A stretch of DNA of 64,000 nucleotides from Asterias rubens. Its lineage: Eukaryota. The DNA lies in NCBI RefSeq assembly GCF_902459465.1, contig NC_047066.1:21762001-21826000 (forward strand). The letters run 5' to 3'. The notes beneath the pieces were generated by a model. It had not been told where the DNA came from and did no database searches. It was given only the letters and a program-made list of their open reading frames with translations. Both the position numbers and the translations under genes were made by a program. Below, piece after piece: positions 24,352-35,426 of the stretch (positions within the stretch are counted from its first letter, which is position 1; the number at the start of each line of letters is the position of its first letter).

Positions 24352-25330
24352 ACATGGTTTTTCTTTTGTAAGTCATATCTGTTGGTCAAAATGTGGTTTG
24401 TTGTCTCCAACATCTATACTGTTTTGAATGGATAACGGACCGTTCGTTTCATTTAAATTTGACTTTCCCTTAAAATTTAGATTTCAATTTTTGTGTTACC
24501 AAAAGTATTTTTAATGACTCTTTCCTTTCTGTTCTTTCTTATTAATTAGAACACATTAGGTACAAATTTGAACCGTAACAAATGTGTCTCAAATAGCAAC
24601 AGAAGATGCAATCTTTTACATTGCCCTGTCATGCCATGTCAAGTAATGCAGTAGACCTACTTCATGAGAAAGTCGCAAAAATTCATAGATCATCCAAACT
24701 CATTGAGGTTTAGTCGTAATTAAGGCACCTTGTAAACTTTGTCTTTTGTGATCATTTGCTGGGGAGAAACCATGGTCCCTAAGGCCCCTCCCCCACCCCC
24801 TCACCTCCCGTCTCCACAATACGTAAGTATGGCAAACTTGAACTCTAGATGACCTTTAGACGACCCCGTCTAAAGGTCACATAAACCATCTCAAAACAAG
24901 AAAAGAATCCACCAATTATTAGCAAAGTTTCTTAAGAATGTCAAGAACAAAACTTACCTAAAACCTTCCGAGTTTCTTCATCCTGGTTTAATGGTTTTAG
25001 GGCGATGTTTGGCGATTTATTTCTCTTTCTCCAGGTAAAGGAGCAAAACTCTACAGTGAGTGCATCAAAAAATAGTGCGCCCAAACGTTTTGGGCACAAA
25101 GATATGAGACTGCGGATGCACACATCTTAACGGGGTAAACAAACTACAACGACAATGATTACTGCTAAAAATGTTCATCCGCATAATGCAACTTTTATCA
25201 AAACAATAATGTTATTAATAACAGGAAGAATCATTAGATTCAGTTGATTTTCTTCTAGAGAGGTATTTTCCTCTAAATACCTTTAAAAAACATATACATC
25301 TGTTTTGTTTTGAGAGGGTTTTCGGCCTTT

Positions 25331-25380
25331 ATGCAAATTAGTACTCAAAGGCGGGGGGGGGGGGGTGATCGTCATGTGAC
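25331..25380 (+). promoter_or_regulatory. Promoter-like motifs upstream of the spliced non-coding unit
   Basis: Perfect octamer ATGCAAAT at 25331-25338, a G-tract, and an M-box/E-box GTCATGTGAC at 25371-25380, followed by CpG-richer sequence and a GTGAGT donor at 25513. Confidence 0.4.
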
Positions 25381-27714
25381 AGGTCGGCTGTATCGTCGAC
25401 GCACACTTTGAAGACAAGATGGAAGACGGCTAAACGTCAATGGCCACTACTCTTCAACAACTCCAGGTTTTACTGCAGATCTGAGGACAAATTTCCTACA
25501 AAGGTGTGATGGGTGAGTTAACAATCTAGTTGTGGGATTTCTTGTTTGATTTAAAATGATTTTCGCAGAAAGAATTTACAGAGAATCCCTTACAAACAGT
25601 TACAATTTGCACTGACACTTTTTACACTCCATGCAGGTGTGTGCACCTGTTTTTTAGTTTCCGGAGCACGTTCCGCAATTACCTACATGTACATACAAAA
25701 CAATGAACAAAGACGAAAACTACTTGATTTAAGAGATGGAAGTTTGCATCGGGGAAACAAAATATTAATTTTGGTTTTGTGTGTTGCTGTTAGCAATGTC
25801 ATGACTGTATACTATAGTCAGTACTTTCCCGAGCTCTGTGAAAAAATCACAGGCATATAGACCTTAATGCACATGACGTCATTTCAGTACAGCGCCCCCG
25901 CATTGAGGTCAAAAGGAGGTTGTTCATTGGCCAATCTATGTGCGTTTCGATTGTTTCGTCACTGTTTGACCTCAAATGGCGGCTGGATGACATCAATGCA
26001 TAAGGTCTATTACTCTGGTGGGATTCAGACCCACGACCTTTGCAACAAAATTGTACCTAATTCTGTGGTGTGCTACAAATGTTTGCGGGATGCTTACATT
26101 TTAATTAGTAAGAGATTGCCTAACATCACAAAGCCAGATGACCACTTCAACTTCAAGGTGAGGGCTACAATCTACATCAATTTGGGCTGCCACTAGGGAC
26201 ACATTGCCACCTGGTCCTGGGGCTGAAGCAGTGTTCCCGTGCACAGTCCATGGATATGGCTATCATCCACTTACATAGGAGCTGAGCCTGGCTGGAGTGT
26301 CGGAGCAGAATGCCCTATCCTTCGCACATTTTTACATCTGAGTGCCTTTCTAAAGTGCACAAATGTCATGACCAGGTATCAAAGCCACACTGTGCTGTGT
26401 AAACACCAAAACGTGGGTCTGGATTTATTTTGCAATTCAGCCGCAAGATAAAGCAAGTTGTTTAGATGGTGTTAGGGCGCCCTCTTCGTGGTCACGGCAT
26501 TATAAAGTGTTGCTGAAATAGGAGGAAAACAACAAAAACACTTCTCTTACAAAGTATTGCTTTTATTTTGTTTGCATAGGTCAGCCAGAGAGTCATGCCA
26601 GAGTTATTGTCAGTGGACATCCACCTCTCCACAAGTAGATGCATTGTACTTGCTGCTCAACATCAACGATGCCTTCTCCTCGGCAGGTAAATTTATAAAT
26701 CATTAATTAAAACATTGTCGGATGAGGTTGTTCAGACTTTTGGCTGAATTCAGACTTTTTATGTCTGCCTTGTGAAGAAAATCAGACAATATTTTTTTTC
26801 CACAAATAAAGAAATCCTGCTCAATGGTCTACTTCTCTAGTGCTTTGGATACTGTTTCCAAAAGCTCCTTGGAATCTATAACCCCAGGGGTTACCAAACG
26901 TTAGAAATGACATCATTTCAACATACCTTTGAATTTGTATCCAAGTTTCAGACTTTGTTGTTAGTACTCTCACCACTGGGCCATGGATGGGCACTGTGAT
27001 CAAGGGCTAAACTTAACTGTCACCAGTAGCACTTTAACACCTACGTCTTGGGCTGAAACACGGTTACAGCCATCATCCACTAGAAGCCTGGTTGGTAGAG
27101 CAGAATGCACTACTGGAACCTTCCCAACTTTTGACAAAGCAATTATGGTTAGGTTCACAAGGGCACAATTGTCCCGACCAGGATTCAAACCCTCTGTTTT
27201 TAATCATTCAATCTTTATATCATGTACTTTATTTGCAAATCTGTGGAAATTAATTTAGTTTTTCAGTCTACGTGCACAGTTAAACAAAATTACAGGTGGA
27301 AATTCCACACATATTTTCATTTTGCAATTAATTGATAATTGACACTGTGCATACATTAAACAAGTGTTTGAAAAATTACTCTTGTTTCTCGCACTCATAA
27401 GATGTGAAGCATTTTTAGTAATTTAGTAAAGAAAAAGTTCATTCTAAATACCAGGTGTTTCATTACTTATTATATTAGGACTGATTACAAAACATAACCG
27501 TTTCTTCAAGCATTTTTTAATTTTGTTGTTTGTGTTTTCCTGATGCAGAGTGAGAGTTTCCCTCTTCAGCGAGATCTATTCATCATCAAGTACGCCTAGA
27601 TGTGTGACACAAAGCTGCTGATGATATGCCTCTGATGTACACAGTCTGCTTTAAAGTGAACTCCTCTCTTTGCAGGTAAAACTTCTTAAAGCAATAACAA
27701 ATATTGCTATTTTT

Positions 27715-28015
27715 AATAATAATAGTGGCTTCTTAAATAGCGCTCATCCTTCACTCAGTGATGCTTAAGGTGCTTCAACACTGGTTTTTCCTGCAAGGTA
27801 ATGTGGAACTATGTTTTGAATTGTAAAACCTACTCATTTTAACATAGCACCATGTAATGGTTTACAAGGTGCTGTGGGAAATATGCAAATGCCAATCAAA
27901 CCAACACTGGGGCAAACCCCCTCTCTTTTTAATAAGTGCACTGGGTTCTTTTTACATGCTTTAGACAACACTCGGTACCTACTACTTTACGTCCCATCTG
28001 AAGGACGAAGCAATG
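27715..28015 (-). mobile_element. SINE-like element with an L2-type tail; similar tail at 50712-50905
   Basis: AATAATAAT..ATAGCGC...AGCGC tail signature. Confidence 0.5.
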
Positions 28016-28316
28016 GTTAAATGATTTTGCCAAATACAGTTAGTCTGTTGGGGTTAAAATTTCACTATCCTTACAGTTTTATACTTCCGAGGGATCTGAG
28101 ATGGTTTAGGGAATGAAATACATGGTCAAGAGACCAGTGGTAATAACGTTGGAGTGCTATGTGTGTCACTGAGTGATGGATTTGAGTGCTGTATGAAGCT
28201 CTGATTATTTTAAGTCACGTTCTACACGCACTAACATTTTGTAGTAATACTATTATAACATTACATACTTTTGTATTTGCTGTTACAGAGCTCTCAAAGC
28301 TGAACTGAAATCCACG

Positions 28317-28511
28317 GAGCTATAAAGTGGATGTCTGTACACCGTCCATCGAGCTATAAAGTGGATGTCTGTGCACCGTCCATCGAGCTATAAAGTGGAT
28401 GTCTGTGCACCGTCCATCGAGCTATAAAGTGGATGTCTGTGCACCGTCCATCGAGCTATAAAGTGGATGTCTGTGCACCGTCCATCGAGCTATAAAGTGG
28501 ATGTCTGTGCA
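28317..28511 (+). repeat. 34-bp tandem repeat x5.7
   Basis: GAGCTATAAAGTGGATGTCTGTGCACCGTCCATC; near-identical copies. Confidence 0.95.
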
Positions 28512-30626
28512 CTGCACGTCATCAAGATTCTTTATCCCACTGAGAAGGTACATGCCTGATAGGGCCTACACGATGTTAAATCATATTACGATATCGGGGG
28601 TCAAATATTACACTGGACCATAGGCCCTAGGCCACTTACTTCAAGTTTCGGGCCAGTAAACTCCTGACCCTGACTAGACAAGTCTGACAGTCTTGTGTTT
28701 TTCAATTGACCTGTGGTCTAGTATCAAATTTGAGCCCTGAGTATCTGCTACAACATGGAAAAAACATAAAAATTATATTTGTTAAGTTGACATTACGAAT
28801 GATACTTTCTTAAATTGAGAGGTGCATTTTGGGCTTAATTCTTTATTACTAAATGGAAGTTTTAGTGTTAAGTAGTTATTAATCGGTATCTACAATTTCT
28901 ATTTGGGCATAAAAAGGTAATAATTAAGATGTTCAGAGCATTGTAGGACCACCTTTAATGTAGATATTTCATTTGTTTGTATTTCATAGGTGTGGTATCT
29001 TGAGGAGTCCTCAGTCACAAAGTATTTTCCTGAGACCTACAGTTGCCTATCACAGACCATTCTTCTCCTACTTTGCGATTGCATCATAACTGACACACAA
29101 TGGAATGGCAATCATCTTTGGATATGCTGCTTGCTTTATTGAGTGACATGCCCCTTTCCTTTCACTAATTTAGAAGTGTAAAGAGTTACAACAGCAAGGT
29201 GCGTTGTGTTACTTTTTTTACACTAACAATAAAAAAAAGTAATGCATGTTAATAACTGCATGTCAAGTACATCCCCAGTGCATGAATAACATTGACATAA
29301 ATCGTCAGCTCAGTGCTATGAGGTCAGTAATTGTAATTCCAAGTTTGTATTGATCAAAATGTCATGCGCTTACATTCAAAACTAAAGTCAAATTTCACAA
29401 ATCAATGTTTTACCTAGAAAATTAATGTTTCTTTTTGATGCCTTGAAAGACCACTCTTAAAAAAACACATTTACCAGTTTGTTTTGATCAAAAGGTAATT
29501 ATACTCGACAAAAATTAACAAATCAATGTTTTAAATAGAAACTTAAAGTTTCGTTTTGATGCCTTGAAGACCATTCTTGATCACGAGTTTCCATTTACCA
29601 GGAGCCCCAAAATATGCAAAAGAAATTTCATCAAACCCATTCAAATTGCACTAGAGGCCTAATAGTTCTGAGCAGACGATTTATGTACTTTTCATAAGTA
29701 ATTAAAGTAATGAAGCAGTTATGCATTTGTGAAGTGATCAAGCTGAATGAGTCGTTTGTTTGAAATATCAGTATCGAGAAACAACCTAGAACAGACCAAC
29801 AGGGGTGTTTCAAACATTTTTGTGTGTGTAAATTTAGATGAGAAAATATATTTAATTTCATATTGGCAACTTTTGATAAAAAATGTGTTAAAATGAGCAT
29901 TGAAAGAAAATGTGCAGAGGTATTTTCAATAAACCCTATTTTCTTAGTTTCATTCTTTGTAGTCAAATGTGGTGTCAACATGGGGCTTAAAAACAAAGCA
30001 AAGGTTATTCTATGTTCAAATGGGTTGTATAAACAAAACTTAATTGGTTTGACAAACATTTCATTTTGCTTGATCACATCACATTTTAGAACTATTTTAA
30101 ATAATAGATTAATTTATGTTGCCGGGGGGGGGGGGGGTTCACTTAATGGTGTTGCAGATGTGGGACGTTAGCAAGTAGATATAAATGCAGCCTCTATATA
30201 CAAGCTTTGGTGTGTAATGACAACCTCTTTATGAGTAAACCAGGCGTTTCAATAATGTGGACACAATTGCGCAAAAAAGGGTTGAGTTTAAAGGGACGGT
30301 ATATGTTTGGTAATCACTCATCAAATTAATGGCAATAAAAAGAAGAACATCCAGTAACTTTTGATGATATAAAAGCATTTTTGAGAATCGTTTAAGTACC
30401 AAAATAACAATTTGGATATGGAAAAAAAAATATCCCTCCAAATTTGAGTCTGAGAAAGGTTTCTGTCAGATACGTTTCTCAGATTGTGTTTTCCAGTTAC
30501 GGACATAAAAGCTCCGGACTTTTGGCGATATCTCAAACAGGCCACCACCTTTTGAAATGAAAGTTTTATTGTATTTATCTACATTGATTTAGGATTAAAA
30601 CAAGCAAACATTCCAAATACCAATGG

Positions 30627-30839
30627 TATAGACGATGTGACCTCTGACATCATTCGAAAACCATGACATGATTCGCGCGCATACCGCCGGCAAAACCTTT
30701 GTGTTTTGGCAGCCAGCTAAAAAGTGTATATGCAATCTTACCATGACTACGTGTCTTTTTGCCCGGCGAAACATGACGTATACAGTGTTTTTGTCAACAG
30801 AGGGCGGTTTGAATGTAAACATAGGTCACATCGTCTATA
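30627..30839. mobile_element. MITE with TATAGACGATGTGACCT terminal repeats; partial inverted copy at about 9480-9683
   Basis: Perfect 17-bp inverted ends; the internal sequence is shared with 9480-9683. Confidence 0.75.
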
Positions 30840-31449
30840 TGTTCCCTTTAAAGGGATAATATAGGATAGTAAAAGAGACATAGACCTCAATCATGAATCT
30901 AGGCAATTTGTATAAACTTATTGCCACAGGCAATTCATAGAAAAATACAAATATTCAACCTAAAATTGTACCAGGTGCAAACTTTTCTGGAACACTTGTT
31001 TTAAACCCTTCAGATAGTTGTAAAACAATATAAAGAAAAAAGACCCTTGAGTGTGCTAGTGTGACTTTTTTGGGGGGGGGGGGTGGGGGTCACAACTTGT
31101 AAAATATTAATAAACAATTGTGTCCATATAATCACTAAGATAAATAAATGGTGCTTGAAAAGGTTAAGAAAAAAAACCCCAAAACAATGGTAGTAGAAAG
31201 CGCTGGAAATCGTCAGTGCAGAAAAGTTTACTCTTAAGCTTTAAAGTTGTAGTATCTGGATTATTATTAATGTTAAATTGACAGTATTTTGTAGTTTTTA
31301 TTGACTTGAAATGGCTGAATAAAATTATTCTATAAATGTAGCAAGAAATCTGTTTTTCCTCTCATTTTAGAGTTTATAGGCCTATGTAGTTCATTAAGGT
31401 TATGCTCTGCATTATGTGTTGACATATTAATTAAACCTACTTGAACAAA

Positions 31450-32870
31450 CCATCAATTAACAAAAATACAACACCTTTAACAACAAAGTCTGGTCAAACA
31501 TTTAATAAATGAAACACCACGCCTTTAATTACAAAATCTAGTCAAACCTTTAATAAATAAAATACCACACCTTTAAACAACTAAATGTATAGTCAAACCT
31601 ACAATAAATAAATAAAAACACCTTTAAAAGCTCCAGTTATAGTCAAACCTGTAATCTATTCAAAGCTTTAATAAATAAAATAACACACCTTTAAACTTAA
31701 AATCTAGTACCTTTAAACAAATTTAAATAAACAAAATGCCACTCGGTTAAACCCAAAATGTGTTTAAACATTCATTAAATAAAATACTGACCTTTAAACA
31801 CAAATCTATATATTCCTTTAAACACGTTTTAAACCTATGCAAATTTTAACAAATAAAATACCACATCTTTAAACACAAAATCAACATATACCTTTAAACA
31901 CAACATCTAAAGTACCTTTAAACACATCTTAAACCTACGCAAACTTTAATAAAAAAAAGTACCACACTTTTAAACACAAAATCTAGTCATACCTTCATTA
32001 AATAAAATACCACACCTTTAACGACAAATCTACATATACCTTTTAACACAAAATCTATAGTACCTTTAAACACACCTTTAACCTACGCAAACTTTGATAA
32101 ATAAAATACCACACCTTTAAACACAAATCTACATATACCTTTAAACACAAAATTTATAGTACCTTTAAACACATCTTAAACCTCAGAACTTTAATAAATA
32201 AAATACCAACCCCTAGTGACTGCCATTTAGCACTGCATATTTATAAATAAAAAAATTAACATACCTTTAATACCAAAATCTAGTTAAACCATCAATACAT
32301 AAAATAATGTACCTTTAAACCTAAATTTATAGTTAAACCCGCAGTAAATAAAACAACACCTTTAAAACCAAATTCACGTAAATAAATCAAATAATGCACC
32401 TTTTAAAAATAATTCTGTATTCAAGCTTGCAATAAATAAAATTAAATCACCTTTAATAAATAAAATACCACACTTTTAAATAAAAACCTACATTAACTTT
32501 AAACATTTAGAACCTACACAAACCTACAATAAATAAAATACCTCACCTTTAAACACAAAATCTAGTCAAACCTTTAATACATAAAATAAAACACCTTTAA
32601 ATACAAAATCGAATCGAAAAATTATATAATGAACTTTAATAACTAATTCTATAGTCAAACTTGCAATAAATAAAATTTAAACACCTTTAATAAATAAAAA
32701 TACCACGCATTTAAATAAAAAACCTACATGAACCTTTAAACACATTTAAAACCAACACAAACTTTAATAAATAAAATACCACAACTTTAAACACAAAATG
32801 TAGTCAAACCTTTAATAAATAAAATACCACACCTTTAAAAATAACTTCAGATGTAAATAACCACCTTTTT
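31450..32870. repeat. Degenerate ~45-48-bp tandem repeat, extremely G-poor on the + strand
   Basis: Consensus AATAAATAAAATACCACACCTTTAAACACAAAATCTAGTCAAACCTT, roughly 30 units. Confidence 0.85.
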
Positions 32871-32974
32871 AAATTACTTTGCAAAATATGGCCGCCAAAC
32901 CTTCATCAAATACTGCGTAAAATCTTTTAAGTCTGGAGCAGCCTCATTTGTTCCTCGGAAGCCTACCCCGCAGC

Positions 32975-33560
32975 CATCCAGCCCGTACCCTAACCCTAAC
33001 GCAAGCCGTACCCTAAAAACCCTAATGCGAGCCCGTACCCTAACCCTAACGCAATCCCTCCCAGCACAACTCCACTACTAGCAATGCAGTCCCAACCAAA
33101 GTGACTGCCATATAACAATCAATTTAAACATTTGAATTAATCACCAAATTCCAGTTTATTACAGAAACATCCCAGACCCTAGTCCAGTACCATCAATCCA
33201 GCCCCTCAGCAGCCCAACCCCACTGCCAAGCATCCAGCCCTGACCCTAACCCCAACTCTCCAAGCCCAACGTCACTGCCAGGCATCCAGTCCTCCAAGAC
33301 CCCAACCCTAACTCTCAGATCAGTCAGTGACTGCCATCCAACCCTCCAGCCCCTCAGCAGCCCAACCCCACTGCCAGGCATCCAGCCCTGACCCTAACCC
33401 CAACTCTCCAAGCCCAACGTCACTGCCAGGCATCCAGTCCTCCAAGACCCCAACCCTAACTCTCAGATCAGTCAGTGACTGCCATCCAACCCTCCAGCCC
33501 CTCAGCAGCCCAACTCCAGTGACTGCCTTAAAGAACTCCAGTCCCATCAGCAACCCAGCT
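32975..33560. repeat. CCCTAA-containing C-rich repeats, including a 148-bp unit x2.3
   Basis: CCCTAACCCTAAC motifs at about 32988-33050; the unit restarts at 33198, 33346 and 33494. Confidence 0.85.
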
Positions 33561-33756
33561 CTACCGACTGCCTTTTAGCCCTCCATCCCCTCAGCCCAAA
33601 GAAATCTGAGCCAGCAAGGCCCTTGGTCAACCCTCAGATCAGCTAGAAATCCAAGGCTCGAGCAAGGCAAAACTTTTGGTGAGAAATTTCTGAAAAATTT
33701 TCTAAGTCCAAATGCGGCAAGTTTATCACTCCAAAAACCGTTAGATTTTCATAACA

Positions 33757-33955
33757 GCTCGTAGCACAGCGGTGAAGGCCAGAGACTACAGAGCGGAAGG
33801 TCCCCGGTTCAAGCCCTACCCATTTTTACTAGAATTTAAAAAAATTCTTTATTTTAATGGTAAAAGGGTCCTGGAGAGGATTTGAACCCACCCGGCTCAC
33901 AGCCCCAGGATTCTGGGGGCTGTGAGCTAGCCCGCTGCGCTACGGCGGCTCTTGA
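33757..33955. ncRNA. Two convergent tRNA-like Pol III cassettes (not canonical tRNAs)
   Basis: + unit 33757-33827: A box TAGCACAGCGG, B box GGTTCAAGCC, T5 run. - unit about 33955-33865: A box TAGCGCAGCGG, B box GGTTCAAATCC, T4 run, and a 12-bp hairpin. Confidence 0.45.
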
Positions 33956-35426
33956 AAAAATTTGCTCGGAACTAATATTTAAACCTTAGGATGGGGGGGG
34001 GGTCAAAAAAAATAAAAAATTTAAATGAGATGAGACCTATGAACTTTGACATCACCAGAAAAGCAAATGAGAGAAAAAGAAAATTTGAAGACATTCAATA
34101 CTTTAAAGAGGATCTTTATTCACCAATGATAAATACAAACAATAGTTATTAGAAGTAAACAAGATACGAATAATTATGGGTAAATTTAGGCATTTATACA
34201 AGTATTTAAAATAAAAATAACTCTAATTTCCTTTAGCTAAATTAATTAATTAGTTACTTAGAAACGCAGAAAATTAAAGGCATCAATTTCCAGTCAGCAT
34301 ACTTAATCAAAATTTGTTTTTAACCTTATTCAAACGCAAGCCATGTTTAAACTTGTTCTACAAATTTAAAGAAATTGTTTCTTTCCAGTACCTCAATGAG
34401 GTTTTTTTATACAACACTGTATGATACTTAATGAATCGTGTACATGGTATGAAGATGTTTTGCATCCTTCACTTAATAGCACGCAAATCAACATAAATAA
34501 AGTGTTTAAAAACACTGATGTTTTTTAACGTTAGTTGCCAATGTTTTGGTAGAAACCCCATGTGATAATTAGTGCTTATAGATTGAATACATGGCTCGCT
34601 ATAATATACAACTTTTATTAATATTTGTCTACGTACATAATATTCTTAGTGTGACTACTTCTACCCTTGCGATTAGCAACAAATTGTTCAGCTTTATATA
34701 ATGGGGGGGGGGGGGGGGGGTCATACTATTATCATAAGGGGCGTCTTTTGGACACCTTAATTTTGAGATCTCTGCTTGACATTTTTACATGTTACTTATT
34801 GTATTGTAAGCAAACAATTTTGTCCCCCTGTTGTTAAATTTCCAGCATATTTTGACACATTTGTAACCAATCGTTTTTTGCTAAAACCTTGGGGGTGCAA
34901 GGGGATGCATCATTTCTTTCTAGGGTGCACTTCTGGTAAATTGAAACGATTTATCTTCAGTAAGCCGTTGTTTTGGCATTATTTGTTTTTTCTCAAGATA
35001 ACCCGAGGTGGAGGTAAATACACACAGTTTTGAGTGTTTTAAAACATTAAAGTTACTACAAATATCGAGTTTGCCAACTGCGACATTTACATCCAGTAAT
35101 TGTTTATTTCAAAGGCCCAGAGTGCAAATGGGGAAGGGGAGTTGCATTGACACCAATTGAGGGAGGGGGCACCCCACCCCCTTGTTACAACACTGTAAAC
35201 CACAGTTTGTTTAATTAGGCTAATTAAAGTGTACACAAAAATATTTCATCATAGTGACTGTATACAATATCCACAATGCTTACAACATTTTATTGTGTTT
35301 ATCAATTTTATTACAATATCGTGGGCCATCATGACAACATGATCACACCGACTACCCTCACCCATCATAATACCTAGGGGAGGATAAGACTCGCCCTTGG
35401 TCTTACTAACAATTTCACATACATTA

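Larger units (their letters stand above)
25381..30235 (+). ncRNA. Putative multi-exon lncRNA
   Basis: Exon-like blocks with good splice signals at about 25381-25512, 26580-26686, 27549-27675, 28289-28547, 28990-29198 and 30158 onward; no ORF longer than about 55 codons after joining the first exons. Confidence 0.45.

Noticed and set aside
32975-33060. True telomere or interstitial telomeric array
   Set aside because: Only two or three CCCTAA hexamers at a time, embedded in longer units; there is no pure (TTAGGG)n tract.
33757-33830. Canonical tRNA gene
   Set aside because: A and B boxes are present, but no 7-bp acceptor stem or clean anticodon arm can be drawn.
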